A stretch of DNA of 64,000 nt from Escherichia coli (GCF_036507355.1 NZ_AP027877.1); one strand, 5' to 3'. Counted from the stretch's first letter, positions 1 to 11,462 are shown. Notes: generated from the sequence alone by a model not told the origin. Program-made: numbers and translations.

Positions 1-1516
1 CGGCACGCGTATTCTTTCTGACTGGCTGGTGATTGAGTGTAGCGTTAACCCCGGCGAGACATTTCTGGATCGGATGATCGCGATGGTGGAAGGCGCACAG
101 CGACGTAAAACGCCGAACGAGATTGCCCTGACTATTCTGCTGATTGCCCTGACTATCGTCTTTTTACTGGCAACCGCCACGCTGTGGCCGTTTTCCGCGT
201 GGGGCGGTAATGCAGTCAGTGTAACGGTACTGGTGGCGCTGCTGGTCTGTCTGATCCCAACCACTATTGGCGGCCTGTTGTCAGCGATCGGCGTCGCCGG
301 GATGAGTCGGATGCTGGGCGCGAATGTGATTGCCACCAGCGGACGTGCAGTTGAAGCGGCAGGTGACGTTGACGTTCTGCTACTGGATAAAACCGGCACC
401 ATCACACTCGGTAACCGTCAGGCATCGGAGTTTATCCCCGCGCAGGGCGTGGATGAAAAAACGCTGGCTGACGCCGCACAACTGGCTTCGCTGGCTGATG
501 AAACGCCGGAAGGCCGCAGTATTGTGATCCTCGCCAAGCAACGTTTTAACCTGCGCGAGCGCGATGTGCAGTCGCTCCATGCCACCTTTGTACCGTTTAC
601 TGCGCAAAGCCGGATGAGCGGGATAAACATCGACAACCGCTTGATCCGTAAAGGTTCTGTCGATGCCATTCGCCGCCATGTTGAGGCTAACGGTGGTCAC
701 TTCCCTGCCGATGTTGATCAAAAAGTCGATCAGGTTGCGCGTCAGGGAGCCACGCCGCTGGTGGTGGTGGAAGGTTCTCGTGTGCTGGGCGTTATTGCGC
801 TGAAAGATATCGTCAAAGGCGGTATTAAAGAGCGCTTCGCCCAGCTGCGTAAAATGGGCATTAAAACGGTGATGATTACCGGCGATAACCGTCTGACTGC
901 CGCCGCGATTGCTGCGGAAGCGGGTGTCGATGATTTTCTCGCCGAAGCGACACCGGAGGCCAAGCTGGCATTGATCCGTCAGTATCAGGCGGAAGGCCGT
1001 TTGGTGGCGATGACCGGCGACGGCACCAACGATGCTCCGGCGCTGGCGCAGGCAGATGTCGCGGTGGCGATGAACTCCGGTACTCAGGCGGCGAAAGAAG
1101 CGGGCAATATGGTGGATCTCGACTCTAACCCGACCAAGTTGATCGAGGTGGTGCACATTGGCAAACAGATGCTGATGACCCGTGGCTCGCTAACCACCTT
1201 CAGCATTGCCAACGATGTGGCGAAATACTTCGCCATTATTCCGGCGGCATTCGCGGCAACGTATCCACAGTTAAATGCGCTGAACATCATGCGCCTGCAT
1301 TCGCCCGACTCAGCCATTCTCAGTGCGGTCATTTTCAACGCCTTGATTATCGTCTTTTTGATTCCCCTGGCGTTAAAAGGCGTGAGTTATAAACCGCTTA
1401 CCGCTTCTGCCATGTTGCGCCGTAACTTATGGATTTACGGTCTGGGTGGGCTGCTGGTGCCGTTTATTGGTATCAAAGTCATTGATTTACTGCTGACCGT
1501 TTGCGGTCTGGTGTGA
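1..1516 (+). CDS. kdpB: Potassium-transporting P-type ATPase subunit B, 3' portion (5' end lies upstream of the window)
   Basis: ORF 29..1516 is open to the window edge; P-type ATPase motifs DKTGT and GDGTND in the translation; followed by kdpC-kdpD-kdpE. Confidence 0.95.
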   Translation, partial: GTRILSDWLVIECSVNPGETFLDRMIAMVEGAQRRKTPNEIALTILLIALTIVFLLATATLWPFSAWGGNAVSVTVLVALLVCLIPTTIGGLLSAIGVAGMSRMLGANVIATSGRAVEAAGDVDVLLLDKTGTITLGNRQASEFIPAQGVDEKTLADAAQLASLADETPEGRSIVILAKQRFNLRERDVQSLHATFVPFTAQSRMSGINIDNRLIRKGSVDAIRRHVEANGGHFPADVDQKVDQVARQGATPLVVVEGSRVLGVIALKDIVKGGIKERFAQLRKMGIKTVMITGDNRLTAAAIAAEAGVDDFLAEATPEAKLALIRQYQAEGRLVAMTGDGTNDAPALAQADVAVAMNSGTQAAKEAGNMVDLDSNPTKLIEVVHIGKQMLMTRGSLTTFSIANDVAKYFAIIPAAFAATYPQLNALNIMRLHSPDSAILSAVIFNALIIVFLIPLALKGVSYKPLTASAMLRRNLWIYGLGGLLVPFIGIKVIDLLLTVCGLV

Positions 1517-1524
1517 GGTTTACC

Positions 1525-2097
1525 ATGAGTGGATTACGTCCGGCATTATCGACATTTATCTTTCTGTTATTGATTACTGGCGGCGTTTACCCGCTGCTGA
1601 CCACTGTGCTGGGGCAATGGTGGTTTCCCTGGCAGGCCAATGGTTCGTTGATTCGTGAAGGTGATACGGTGCGCGGTTCGGCATTAATCGGGCAGAATTT
1701 TACCGGCAACGGCTATTTTCAGGGTCGCCCGTCGGCAACGGCAGAAATGCCCTATAATCCACAGGCTTCTGGCGGGAGCAATCTGGCAGTCAGTAACCCT
1801 GAGCTGAATAAACTAATAGCCGCACGCGTTGCTGCATTACGGGCCACTAACCCGGATGCCAGCGCGAACGTTCCGGTTGAACTGGTGACGGCGTCGGCAA
1901 GCGGGCTGGACAATAACATCACCCCGCAAGCGGCGGCCTGGCAGATCCCACGCGTAGCGAAAGCGCGTAATCTCAGCGTTGAACAGCTCACGCAACTGAT
2001 CGCAAAATACAGCCAACAACCGCTGGTGAAATATATCGGCCAGCCGGTCGTCAACATTGTCGAACTCAATCTGGCGCTGGATAAACTTGATGAATAA
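1525..2097 (+). CDS. kdpC: Kdp ATPase subunit C (190 aa)
   Basis: ORF 1501..2097; internal ATG at 1525 gives [15 protein letters not shown]... matching KdpC length; N-terminal transmembrane helix. Confidence 0.93.
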   Translation: MSGLRPALSTFIFLLLITGGVYPLLTTVLGQWWFPWQANGSLIREGDTVRGSALIGQNFTGNGYFQGRPSATAEMPYNPQASGGSNLAVSNPELNKLIAARVAALRATNPDASANVPVELVTASASGLDNNITPQAAAWQIPRVAKARNLSVEQLTQLIAKYSQQPLVKYIGQPVVNIVELNLALDKLDE

Positions 2098-4774
2098 CGA
2101 ACCCTTACGTCCCGACCCCGATCGTCTGCTGGAACAAACTGCCGCGCCGCATCGGGGGAAGCTGAAAGTTTTCTTCGGTGCCTGCGCAGGCGTCGGGAAG
2201 ACCTGGGCGATGCTGGCAGAAGCCCAGCGACTGCGGGCGCAAGGGCTGGATATTGTGGTTGGCGTGGTAGAAACCCACGGGCGGAAAGATACCGCCGCCA
2301 TGCTGGAAGGGCTGGCTGTTCTGCCGCCAAAACGCCTGGCGTACCGTGGGCGGCACATCAGCGAGTTTGATCTCGATGCCGCCCTCGCCCGCCGTCCGGC
2401 GCTGATCTTAATGGACGAACTGGCGCACAGTAATGCGCCAGGTTCTCGTCATCCTAAACGCTGGCAGGATATCGAAGAACTGCTGGAAGCTGGCATTGAT
2501 GTTTTCACAACCGTCAACGTTCAGCATCTGGAAAGTCTGAATGATGTGGTCAGCGGCGTCACCGGAATTCAGGTACGGGAAACCGTGCCCGATCCTTTTT
2601 TCGATGCCGCCGACGACGTGGTGCTGGTGGACTTGCCCCCGGACGATCTGCGCCAGCGGCTGAAAGAAGGCAAAGTCTATATTGCCGGGCAGGCGGAGCG
2701 CGCCATTGAACATTTTTTCCGCAAAGGCAATCTGATCGCCCTGCGCGAACTGGCACTGCGCCGTACTGCCGATCGCGTTGATGAGCAAATGCGCGCCTGG
2801 CGGGGGCATCCTGGCGAAGAGAAAGTGTGGCACACGCGCGACGCGATCCTTTTATGCATCGGGCATAACACCGGCAGTGAGAAACTGGTCCGCGCGGCGG
2901 CGCGGCTGGCGTCGCGGCTGGGTAGCGTCTGGCACGCGGTGTATGTTGAAACCCCTGCCCTGCATCGCTTACCGGAGAAAAAACGTCGGGCAATTCTCAG
3001 CGCCTTACGTCTGGCGCAGGAGCTGGGCGCGGAGACGGCAACACTTTCTGATCCAGCGGAAGAGAAAGCGGTAGTGCGTTATGCCCGTGAACATAATCTC
3101 GGCAAGATTATTCTCGGTCGCCCAGCCTCGCGCCGCTGGTGGCGTCGGGAAACGTTTGCTGACCGACTGGCGCGCATCGCCCCCGATCTCGATCAGGTGC
3201 TGGTCGCGCTTGATGAACCACCCGCCCGCACGATTAACAACGCGCCGGATAGCCGCTCTTTTAAAGACAAGTGGCGGGTACAGATTCAGGGATGCGTGGT
3301 TGCCGCCGCGTTATGCGCCGTTATCACCTTAATTGCCATGCAGTGGCTGATGGCGTTTGATGCCGCCAATCTGGTGATGCTGTATCTGCTTGGCGTGGTG
3401 GTGGTGGCGCTATTTTATGGACGCTGGCCTTCGGTGGTTGCCACCGTCATTAATGTGGTGAGTTTCGATCTCTTTTTTATCGCCCCACGCGGCACGCTCG
3501 CCGTCTCTGATGTGCAATATCTGCTGACCTTCGCGGTGATGTTAACCGTCGGGCTGGTGATCGGGAACCTTACTGCTGGCGTGCGTTATCAGGCGCGGGT
3601 AGCCCGTTACCGCGAACAACGCACACGGCACTTATATGAAATGTCGAAAGCTCTGGCGGTGGGCCGCAGTCCGCAGGACATCGCCGCCACCAGCGAACAA
3701 TTTATTGCCTCCACGTTTCATGCCCGCAGCCAGGTATTGTTACCCGATGACAACGGTAAATTGCAGCCGTTAACGCATCCGCAAGGAATGACGCCGTGGG
3801 ACGATGCCATCGCGCAGTGGAGTTTTGATAAAGGCCTGCCTGCGGGTGCGGGCACCGACACGTTACCCGGCGTGCCATACCAGATTTTGCCGTTAAAAAG
3901 CGGTGAGAAAACTTACGGGCTGGTGGTGGTGGAACCGGGGAATCTGCGCCAGTTGATGATCCCGGAACAGCAGCGCCTGCTGGAGACGTTTACGCTGTTA
4001 GTCGCCAATGCCCTTGAGCGGCTGACGCTGACCGCCAGCGAAGAACAGGCGCGGATGGCAAGTGAACGTGAACAGATCCGCAACGCTCTGCTGGCGGCGC
4101 TTTCGCACGATTTACGCACTCCGCTCACGGTGTTGTTCGGTCAGGCAGAAATCTTAACGCTCGATCTGGCAAGCGAAGGATCGCCCCACGCCCGCCAGGC
4201 CAGCGAGATTCGTCAGCATGTGCTGAACACTACCCGACTGGTGAATAATCTACTGGATATGGCGCGAATTCAGTCCGGCGGCTTTAATTTGAAGAAAGAG
4301 TGGTTAACGCTGGAAGAAGTAGTCGGCAGCGCGCTGCAAATGCTGGAACCGGGTTTATCGTCGCCCATCAATCTTTCTCTGCCAGAACCGCTGACCTTAA
4401 TCCACGTTGACGGGCCACTCTTTGAACGGGTGCTGATTAATCTGCTGGAGAACGCGGTGAAATATGCGGGTGCGCAGGCCGAAATTGGTATCGATGCCCA
4501 CGTTGAGGGCGAAAATCTACAACTGGATGTCTGGGATAACGGCCCCGGCCTTCCGCCAGGCCAGGAGCAGACGATATTTGATAAGTTTGCTCGCGGGAAT
4601 AAAGAGTCGGCAGTACCGGGGGTAGGGCTTGGACTGGCAATTTGTCGGGCGATAGTGGATGTACACGGGGGCACTATTACCGCGTTCAACCGACCGGAAG
4701 GTGGTGCCTGTTTTCGTGTTACACTTCCCCAGCAAACTGCCCCTGAACTTGAAGAATTTCATGAGGATATGTGA
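2090..4774 (+). CDS. kdpD: Sensor histidine kinase KdpD (894 aa)
   Basis: ORF 2057..4774; ATG at 2090 gives [10 protein letters not shown]...; Walker-A-like GACAGVGKT, four TM helices, H-box LSHDLRTPL, HATPase domain; overlaps kdpC stop by 8 nt. Confidence 0.95.
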   Translation: MNNEPLRPDPDRLLEQTAAPHRGKLKVFFGACAGVGKTWAMLAEAQRLRAQGLDIVVGVVETHGRKDTAAMLEGLAVLPPKRLAYRGRHISEFDLDAALARRPALILMDELAHSNAPGSRHPKRWQDIEELLEAGIDVFTTVNVQHLESLNDVVSGVTGIQVRETVPDPFFDAADDVVLVDLPPDDLRQRLKEGKVYIAGQAERAIEHFFRKGNLIALRELALRRTADRVDEQMRAWRGHPGEEKVWHTRDAILLCIGHNTGSEKLVRAAARLASRLGSVWHAVYVETPALHRLPEKKRRAILSALRLAQELGAETATLSDPAEEKAVVRYAREHNLGKIILGRPASRRWWRRETFADRLARIAPDLDQVLVALDEPPARTINNAPDSRSFKDKWRVQIQGCVVAAALCAVITLIAMQWLMAFDAANLVMLYLLGVVVVALFYGRWPSVVATVINVVSFDLFFIAPRGTLAVSDVQYLLTFAVMLTVGLVIGNLTAGVRYQARVARYREQRTRHLYEMSKALAVGRSPQDIAATSEQFIASTFHARSQVLLPDDNGKLQPLTHPQGMTPWDDAIAQWSFDKGLPAGAGTDTLPGVPYQILPLKSGEKTYGLVVVEPGNLRQLMIPEQQRLLETFTLLVANALERLTLTASEEQARMASEREQIRNALLAALSHDLRTPLTVLFGQAEILTLDLASEGSPHARQASEIRQHVLNTTRLVNNLLDMARIQSGGFNLKKEWLTLEEVVGSALQMLEPGLSSPINLSLPEPLTLIHVDGPLFERVLINLLENAVKYAGAQAEIGIDAHVEGENLQLDVWDNGPGLPPGQEQTIFDKFARGNKESAVPGVGLGLAICRAIVDVHGGTITAFNRPEGGACFRVTLPQQTAPELEEFHEDM

Positions 4775-5448
4775 CAAACGTTCTGATTGTTGAAGATGAA
4801 CAAGCTATTCGTCGCTTTCTGCGCACGGCGCTGGAGGGCGACGGTATGCGCGTCTTTGAGGCCGAAACGCTGCAACGCGGCTTGCTGGAAGCGGCAACCC
4901 GTAAGCCAGATTTGATTATTCTCGATCTCGGCCTGCCCGATGGTGATGGGATTGAGTTTATCCGCGACCTGCGCCAGTGGAGCGCGGTGCCGGTGATAGT
5001 GCTTTCCGCACGCAGCGAAGAGAGCGACAAAATCGCCGCGCTGGATGCCGGAGCGGATGATTATCTGAGTAAGCCGTTTGGCATTGGCGAATTGCAGGCC
5101 CGTCTGCGCGTCGCATTACGCCGCCATTCAGCCACTGCCGCGCCCGATCCGCTGGTGAAATTTTCCGATGTGACCGTCGATTTAGCCGCCCGCGTGATCC
5201 ATCGGGGCGAGGAAGAGGTGCATCTCACGCCGATTGAGTTCCGCCTGCTGGCGGTGCTGCTCAACAATACCGGAAAAGTGCTCACCCAGCGCCAGCTCCT
5301 TAACCAGGTGTGGGGGCCAAACGCGGTCGAACACAGTCATTATTTGCGTATTTATATGGGGCATCTGCGACAAAAACTGGAGCAGGATCCCGCCCGCCCC
5401 CGCCATTTCATTACCGAAACCGGTATTGGGTATCGGTTTATGCTTTAG
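4771..5448 (+). CDS. kdpE: OmpR-family response regulator KdpE (225 aa), GTG start overlapping kdpD stop
   Basis: ORF 4771..5448; receiver domain (LIILDLGLPDGDG) plus winged-helix output domain; 4-nt overlap with kdpD. Confidence 0.95.
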   Translation: MTNVLIVEDEQAIRRFLRTALEGDGMRVFEAETLQRGLLEAATRKPDLIILDLGLPDGDGIEFIRDLRQWSAVPVIVLSARSEESDKIAALDAGADDYLSKPFGIGELQARLRVALRRHSATAAPDPLVKFSDVTVDLAARVIHRGEEEVHLTPIEFRLLAVLLNNTGKVLTQRQLLNQVWGPNAVEHSHYLRIYMGHLRQKLEQDPARPRHFITETGIGYRFML

Positions 5449-5726
5449 GGGTTGAAATGCCGGATGCGGCGTAAACGCCTTATCCAGCCTACTCATCGTC
5501 CCGTAGGCATGATAAGACGCGTCAGCGTCGCATCAGGCATGGCTCTGTGAATAACGTCGGCAAAAACTGGAAAAAGACCCCGCCCTCGCCATTTTATTAC
5601 CGAAACCGGTATTGGGTATCGGTTTATGCTTTAGGGGCTGACTTGCCGGATGCGGCGTGAACGCCTTATCCAGCCTACTCATCGTCCCGTAGGCATGATA
5701 AGACGCGTCAGCGTCGCATCAGGCAT
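5371..5726. repeat. Imperfect tandem duplication (about 170 bp x 2; copy 1 about 5371..5540, copy 2 about 5561..5726) of the kdpE 3' end plus a REP pair
   Basis: Second copy repeats 'caaaaactgg...ccgaaaccggtattgggtatcggtttatgctttagggg...gccggatgcggcgt(a/g)aacgccttatccagcctactcatcgtcccgtaggcatgataagacgcgtcagcgtcgcatcaggcat' with scattered substitutions. Confidence 0.85.
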
Positions 5727-5747
5727 TGGCACTCATGGCTAAATATT

Positions 5748-6242
5748 TTAATGTGTATTTATCGCTTTCAACTCTTGCTGGCATTTTTCTGACTGGCAGC
5801 GTCGCAACTCAATAATCCCGACATGCATCATCGAGCCAATAAAGCCGCTTTCGCTGACATAATCCTCATTAACTATCGGTCGAGTGCCGGGCTTGCCCTG
5901 GCAAACCAGCATAAAAAATGAGGTGTAGCACTGCCAGCCGGGATTTAAACCGGCTTTTTCTTGTGCTGACATATCGTGAAGATAAATAAGTTCTTTTTCG
6001 TTCCCGCCTGACAACTGCCAGCGGCGGGTATTATCAGGTAAGTTATCGCTACAACAATTTGTCTTACACCGGGAAGGCGCAATATTTACCGCAATGCTAC
6101 CCTTTAACCCTCTGGTTTTATCTTTAGGGGTCAGTAACCAGTCGCCAGCTAATGATGATTGTTCAGGTTGGGCACATGCAGTCAGCAGTAGTGTGGCGGC
6201 AATGAATGTTACTCTTACGACCAGACTCCTTTTGGTCTTCAT
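5748..6242 (-). CDS. ybfP: Small lipoprotein YbfP (164 aa)
   Basis: ORF 5748..6242; signal peptide with lipobox LLTAC-A; family member recalled from E. coli. Confidence 0.85.
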   Translation of the reverse strand: MKTKRSLVVRVTFIAATLLLTACAQPEQSSLAGDWLLTPKDKTRGLKGSIAVNIAPSRCKTNCCSDNLPDNTRRWQLSGGNEKELIYLHDMSAQEKAGLNPGWQCYTSFFMLVCQGKPGTRPIVNEDYVSESGFIGSMMHVGIIELRRCQSEKCQQELKAINTH

Positions 6243-6293
6243 TTTGAATTCCCTTGAGCTATTCAGTTTGTTGGCAAAGTGCGCGTTGTTTTT

Positions 6294-6327
<34 letters not shown>

Positions 6328-6373
6328 GAAATGATGCAAATTCAATATATTGCACCATCAGGCAGTCATACGT

Positions 6374-6407
6374 AAAAAAGGGCGATCTTCCGACCGCCCT
6401 TTTTCTT
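6374..6407 (-). terminator. Rho-independent terminator downstream of pgm (A-tract/hairpin/T-tract, so potentially bidirectional)
   Basis: aaaaaagggcgatcttccgaccgccctttttctt: GC stem flanked by A and T runs, directly after the pgm stop. Confidence 0.6.
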
Positions 6408-6418
6408 ATTTAATGTGT

Positions 6419-8059
6419 TTACGCGTTTTTCAGAACTTCGCTAACAATCTCAACCGCTTCTTTCTCAATCTGCTTGCGATGTTCTTCACCGAGGAAGCTT
6501 TCGCAGTAGATCTTATATGCGTCTTCCGTGCCTGACGGACGCGCGGCGAACCAGCCGTTGTCAGTCATCACTTTCAGACCGCCAATAGAAGCACCGTTGC
6601 CCGGAGCAGCAGTCAGGCGCGCGGTGATCGGGTCACCTGCCAGGGTGCTGGCGCTCACCATTTCCGGAGACAGCTTAGACAGCGCCGCTTTTTGTGCGGA
6701 AGTCGCAGCTGCCTGCAAACGGTTGTAGCTCGGCGCACCAAAGCGTTTTGCCAGTTCGTTGTAGTGTTCCTGCGGGTTCTTACCGGTGACAGCGGTGATT
6801 TCCGCCGCCAGCAGACACATGATGATGCCGTCTTTGTCGGTGGACCACGGCGTGCCGTCGAAACGCAGGAAGGAAGCCCCTGCGCTCTCTTCGCCGCCAA
6901 AGCCGAAGCTGCCGTCGAACAGACCATCAACAAACCATTTGAAACCTACCGGGACTTCTACCAGCTTACGACCCAAGTCATTGACCACACGGTCGATCAT
7001 CGCAGAAGAAACCAGCGTTTTACCAACGGCAACATCTTTGCCCCACTGCGGACGATGCTGGAACAGGTAATTGATCGCCACCGCCAGGTAGTGGTTCGGA
7101 TTCATCAAACCTGCCGGAGTGACGATACCGTGACGGTCATAATCCGGGTCGTTAGCAAAAGCCAGATCGAACTTATCACGCAGTGCCAGCAGGCCCGCCA
7201 TCGCACACTCGGAGGAGCAGTCCATACGGATCGCGCCGTCTTTATCAAGGTGCATAAAGCGGAAGGTTTGATCGACCTGATTGTTAACGATGGTCAGGTT
7301 GAGGTTGTAATACTCGCCAATACGCTTCCAGTATTCGATACCGGAACCGCCCAGCGGATCAACGCCAAGCGTCAGGCCCGCTTTCTGAATCGCCGCCATA
7401 TCAACGATATCGGCCAGCCCTTCCACGAACGGCTGCACCAGATCCTGCTCTTTCACATGACCGGATGCCATCGCTTCGTCGAGGGAGATACGCTTCACGC
7501 CTTTCAGGCCATCGGCCAGCAGTGCGTTGGCTCTGTCTTCCACCACTTTAGTGACGTTGGTATCTGCCGGGCCACCATTTGGCGGATTGTATTTGATTCC
7601 ACCATCTTCCGGCGGGTTATGGGACGGTGTAATCACGATACCGTCTGCCAGCGGGCCACCTTTTTTATTGTGAACCAGGATGGCATTGGAAACGGCAGGC
7701 GTCGGGGTGAAGCCATTGTTTTCCTGCACAATAACATCTACGCCGTTCGCTGCCAGCACTTCCAGAACGGAAATAAATGCAGGTTCGGACAGGGCGTGAG
7801 TATCTTTACCCACATAGCAAGGGCCAGTGATGCCGTTTTTCGCACGTTCTTCAGCAATTGCCTGAGCGATCGCCAGAATGTGCGGCTCGTTAAAGCTGTG
7901 GCGCGCTGCACTGCCACGGTGACCGGAAGTACCGAATTTCACCGCGTGCTCCGCATTCCCTGCTTCTGGTTTCAGTACATAATATTGCGCCGTCAGTTGG
8001 GCGACGTTAATCAAATCACTCTGTTGTGCAGGTTGGCCTGCACGATTGTGGATTGCCAT
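6419..8059 (-). CDS. pgm: Phosphoglucomutase (546 aa)
   Basis: ORF 6419..8110; ATG at 8059 gives [15 protein letters not shown]...; active-site [11 protein letters not shown] motif. Confidence 0.95.
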   Translation of the reverse strand: MAIHNRAGQPAQQSDLINVAQLTAQYYVLKPEAGNAEHAVKFGTSGHRGSAARHSFNEPHILAIAQAIAEERAKNGITGPCYVGKDTHALSEPAFISVLEVLAANGVDVIVQENNGFTPTPAVSNAILVHNKKGGPLADGIVITPSHNPPEDGGIKYNPPNGGPADTNVTKVVEDRANALLADGLKGVKRISLDEAMASGHVKEQDLVQPFVEGLADIVDMAAIQKAGLTLGVDPLGGSGIEYWKRIGEYYNLNLTIVNNQVDQTFRFMHLDKDGAIRMDCSSECAMAGLLALRDKFDLAFANDPDYDRHGIVTPAGLMNPNHYLAVAINYLFQHRPQWGKDVAVGKTLVSSAMIDRVVNDLGRKLVEVPVGFKWFVDGLFDGSFGFGGEESAGASFLRFDGTPWSTDKDGIIMCLLAAEITAVTGKNPQEHYNELAKRFGAPSYNRLQAAATSAQKAALSKLSPEMVSASTLAGDPITARLTAAPGNGASIGGLKVMTDNGWFAARPSGTEDAYKIYCESFLGEEHRKQIEKEAVEIVSEVLKNA

Positions 8060-8084
8060 TGCTTTGTCCTTTGTCTGCAACGTT

Positions 8085-8630
8085 TTAGATAGTTCCGCAA
8101 ACCTTCTCAATCAATTCCGCCGGGAATTGCATCGACTGCATGATGTGTTCGATCATGCTGCATTTACGGCCGGTGTTGGTGTTGGTGATCACCCAATACG
8201 GCGTGCCTGGCACATGTTTCGGCTTGGTCTGATTACCATTTTTCAGCAGCGTTTGTTCATCTGCCGCAAAGTAAACGCGTGTACGACCGTGCAACGATTC
8301 CGTTGCTTCGGCAAACGCCTGGGCGTCAAGAGAATATAGTGTAGACAACAGCAGCATAAAGCGATTGACCGCTCGCTTTTGCTCTGCGTATTCATCCGAA
8401 AGCAGAAGTTCACGCATTGCGCGAACCTTGTCTTTAATCGTTTTGACCGGCTTCGCTTCGACGATAGCAGGTGACGCAACGCGAACCTCTTTCGTCACCG
8501 GAGCAGCAGGCTGTGATGCGGCGGAAAATTTCAACATACGCCGTAAAATGTCGGATGCGCTCTCGCCGATATGCTTAGTGTGGCTGGCAATATAGCTGTA
8601 GAGTTCATCATCAACTTCAATCGTTTTCAT
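8085..8630 (-). CDS. seqA: Replication-initiation negative modulator SeqA (181 aa)
   Basis: ORF 8085..8765; ATG at 8630 gives [19 protein letters not shown]...; 25 bp upstream of pgm (seqA-pgm operon). Confidence 0.93.
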
Positions 8631-8814
8631 CTTAATCCAGTGCAGTGTCTTAGCTGAATACAAGTCGCCAGGAGTATATGAATAAATCCCGGCAGCGGAT
8701 AGCGTCAAGCCTGGCTTGCAGAAAAACTCGGAATAAACCTTATTTGTTGCAGCCCTGTGGCACAATGGTCAACATAATACCCTAACCCGACAACGCGAAA
8801 AAAAGAACTTTGCC

Positions 8815-9579
8815 ATGAAATTGAATATCCGCGCGCAAACTGCACAAAACCAGCACAATAATTCTCCCATCGTTCTTGTCCATGGTCTGTTTGGCAGCCT
8901 CGACAACCTTGGCGTACTGGCTCGCGATCTGGTAAACGATCACAATACCATCCAGGTTGATATGCGTAACCACGGTCTTTCACCGAGAGATCCGGTAATG
9001 AATTACCCGACGATGGCGCAGGATCTTGTTGATACCCTGGATGCACTGCAGATCGACAAAGCAACATTTATCGGTCACTCCATGGGCGGTAAAGCGGTAA
9101 TGGCACTTACTGCACTGGCCCCCGATCGCATCGATAAACTGGTGGCGATCGATATCGCACCGGTCGACTATCACGTACGCCGTCATGATGAGATTTTCGC
9201 GGCTATCAACGCGGTCAGTGAATCGGACGCACAAACTCGCCAGCAAGCAGCAGCAATAATGCGCCAGCATCTTAATGAAGAAGGGGTGATTCAGTTTCTG
9301 TTGAAATCTTTTGTTGACGGGGAGTGGCGCTTTAACGTGCCGGTATTGTGGGATCAGTATCCGCATATTGTGGGTTGGGAGAAAATCCCGGCATGGGATC
9401 ACCCTGCCCTGTTTATCCCTGGTAGTAATTCTCCGTATGTTAGCGAGCAGTACCGTGATGATTTACTGGCACAATTTCCACAGGCACGGGCGCATGTGAT
9501 TGCAGGCGCGGGTCACTGGGTCCATGCTGAAAAACCGGATGCGGTATTACGCGCTATCCGTCGCTATCTCAATGATTAA
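8815..9579 (+). CDS. ybfF: Alpha/beta-hydrolase esterase YbfF (254 aa)
   Basis: ORF 8815..9579; nucleophile elbow GHSMGG; divergent from seqA. Confidence 0.92.
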   Translation: MKLNIRAQTAQNQHNNSPIVLVHGLFGSLDNLGVLARDLVNDHNTIQVDMRNHGLSPRDPVMNYPTMAQDLVDTLDALQIDKATFIGHSMGGKAVMALTALAPDRIDKLVAIDIAPVDYHVRRHDEIFAAINAVSESDAQTRQQAAAIMRQHLNEEGVIQFLLKSFVDGEWRFNVPVLWDQYPHIVGWEKIPAWDHPALFIPGSNSPYVSEQYRDDLLAQFPQARAHVIAGAGHWVHAEKPDAVLRAIRRYLND

Positions 9580-9718
9580 CGCAACTGATTAAAAACCCAG
9601 CGTCCGCGTCGCTTTCCGCGCGTGGGCGTTGGCGTGACTCATCGCGCTGATGTATTATGGCGCGCTATCCATCCGGGCAGAGGCCTGGCTGATTGTTTCC
9701 CCCGAAGTCACCAAGATC

Positions 9719-10012
9719 ATGGCCAAAGAACAAACGGACCGTACGACATTAGATCTGTTCGCGCACGAGCGTCGACCGGGACGACCGAAAACAAATCCGC
9801 TTTCGCGCGATGAACAGCTGCGTATTAATAAACGCAACCAGCTAAAACGCGACAAAGTACGTGGCCTTAAGCGTGTCGAACTGAAGCTGAACGCGGAAGC
9901 TGTCGAGGCGCTGAACGAGCTGGCGGAATCGCGCAATATGAGCCGTAGCGAACTGATCGAAGAGATGTTAATGCAGCAACTGGCGGCGCTGCGTAGTCAG
10001 GGCATCGTTTAA
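9719..10012 (+). CDS. ybfE: Small protein YbfE (97 aa), reported as LexA-regulated in E. coli
   Basis: ORF 9650..10012; internal ATG at 9719 gives [14 protein letters not shown]... matching the known 97-aa product; basic/coiled-coil sequence. Confidence 0.8.
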   Translation: MAKEQTDRTTLDLFAHERRPGRPKTNPLSRDEQLRINKRNQLKRDKVRGLKRVELKLNAEAVEALNELAESRNMSRSELIEEMLMQQLAALRSQGIV

Positions 10013-10151
10013 ATTTCCACTTTCATGTAGCACAGTGTGCAGTCCTGCTCGTTTGCTGATTCCGCAAGACTGCCTGTTCTGCTATGATTGCCTTTATCCG
10101 TGGGCAATTTTCCACCCCCATTTCAATAAGTTTCAAGAGGTTATTTCACTC

Positions 10152-10682
10152 ATGGCTATCACTGGCATCTTTTTCGGCAGCGACACCGGTAATACCGAAA
10201 ATATCGCAAAAATGATTCAAAAACAGCTTGGTAAAGACGTTGCCGATGTCCATGACATTGCAAAAAGCAGCAAAGAAGATCTGGAAGCTTATGACATTCT
10301 GCTGCTGGGCATCCCAACCTGGTATTACGGCGAAGCGCAGTGTGACTGGGATGACTTCTTCCCGACTCTCGAAGAGATTGATTTCAATGGCAAACTGGTT
10401 GCGCTGTTTGGTTGTGGTGACCAGGAAGATTACGCCGAATATTTCTGCGACGCATTGGGCACCATCCGCGACATCATTGAACCGCGCGGTGCAACCATCG
10501 TTGGTCACTGGCCAACTGCGGGCTATCATTTCGAAGCATCAAAAGGTCTGGCAGATGACGACCACTTTGTCGGTCTGGCTATCGACGAAGACCGTCAGCC
10601 GGAACTGACCGCTGAACGTGTAGAAAAATGGGTTAAACAGATTTCTGAAGAGTTGCATCTCGACGAAATTCTCAATGCCTGA
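10152..10682 (+). CDS. fldA: Flavodoxin 1 (176 aa)
   Basis: ORF 10035..10682; ATG at 10152 gives [20 protein letters not shown]...; flavodoxin FMN-binding signature. Confidence 0.95.
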
Positions 10683-10887
10683 TGTGATGCGGCGTAGACT
10701 CATGTCTACGCCGTATTAATAGATAATGCCAATCAAAATAATTGCTACAAATTTGTAACTTTTGCTGTTGTACCTGTACAATGTTCCGGTGTTCAAGTGG
10801 CCTTGCCGTTGTAAATGTAAGCTGTGCCACGTTTTTATTAACAATATTTGCCAGGGACTTGTGGTTTTCATTTAGGCGTGGCAATTC

Positions 10888-10906
10888 TATAATGATACGC
10901 ATTATC
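10888..10906 (+). promoter_or_regulatory. Fur box (fur autoregulation operator) overlapping a TATAAT hexamer
   Basis: tataatgatacgcattatc matches the 19-bp Fur consensus GATAATGATAATCATTATC at 16/19 positions, immediately 5' of uof-fur. Confidence 0.65.
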
Positions 10907-10978
10907 TCAAGAGCAAATTCTGTCACTTCTTCTAATGAAGTGAACCGCTTAGTAACAGGACAGATTCCGCATGACTGA
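10892..10978 (+). CDS. uof: uof, 28-codon upstream ORF translationally coupled to fur
   Basis: ATG at 10892 gives MIRIISRANSVTSSNEVNRLVTGQIPHD; stop overlaps the fur start by 8 nt. Confidence 0.8.
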   Translation: MIRIISRANSVTSSNEVNRLVTGQIPHD

Positions 10979-11417
10979 TAACAATACCGCCCTAAAGAAA
11001 GCTGGCCTGAAAGTAACGCTTCCACGTTTAAAAATCCTGGAAGTTCTTCAGGAGCCGGACAACCATCACGTCAGTGCGGAAGATTTATACAAACGTCTGA
11101 TCGATATGGGTGAAGAAATTGGTCTGGCTACGGTATATCGCGTACTGAACCAGTTTGACGACGCTGGTATCGTCACCCGCCACAATTTTGAAGGCGGTAA
11201 ATCCGTATTTGAACTGACACAGCAACATCACCACGATCACCTGATCTGCCTCGACTGCGGCAAGGTTATCGAATTTAGTGATGATTCCATCGAAGCGCGT
11301 CAGCGTGAAATTGCCGCAAAACATGGCATTCGCCTGACTAACCACAGTCTCTATCTTTACGGTCACTGTGCCGAAGGCGATTGCCGCGAAGATGAGCACG
11401 CGCACGAAGGCAAATAA
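10971..11417 (+). CDS. fur: Ferric uptake regulator Fur (148 aa)
   Basis: ORF 10971..11417; MTDNNTALKKAGLKVTLPRLKILEVL...; HHHDH and CxxC metal-binding motifs. Confidence 0.97.
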   Translation: MTDNNTALKKAGLKVTLPRLKILEVLQEPDNHHVSAEDLYKRLIDMGEEIGLATVYRVLNQFDDAGIVTRHNFEGGKSVFELTQQHHHDHLICLDCGKVIEFSDDSIEARQREIAAKHGIRLTNHSLYLYGHCAEGDCREDEHAHEGK

Positions 11418-11432
11418 GCCAGTCTGAACGAG

Positions 11433-11462
11433 AAAAGCCAACCTGCGGGTTGGCTTTTTTAT
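11433..11462. terminator. Bidirectional rho-independent terminator between fur (+) and chiQ (-)
   Basis: aaaagccaacctgcgggttggcttttttat: perfect GC-rich hairpin with A and T tracts. Confidence 0.8.

Noticed and set aside
380-1156. 258-aa ORF on the minus strand
   Set aside because: Antisense shadow of kdpB.
5449-5740. Possible CRISPR-like array (repeated roughly 35-bp palindromic units)
   Set aside because: The units are REP elements (gccggatgcggcgt...ccggcctac) in irregular arrangement and mixed orientation, with no uniform spacers; similar REPs are scattered at 6294, 13686, 15704 and 38623.
6692-8092. 466-aa ORF on the plus strand
   Set aside because: Lies entirely antisense to pgm, whose translation has a clear phosphoglucomutase signature; typical shadow ORF in GC-rich coding sequence.
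9580-9718. LexA box upstream of ybfE
   Set aside because: ybfE is reported as SOS-regulated, but no convincing CTG-N10-CAG dyad was found in the upstream region.
9650-10012. Longer 120-aa form of ybfE starting at 9650
   Set aside because: The N-terminal extension is not part of the known 97-aa product; ATG 9719 was preferred.
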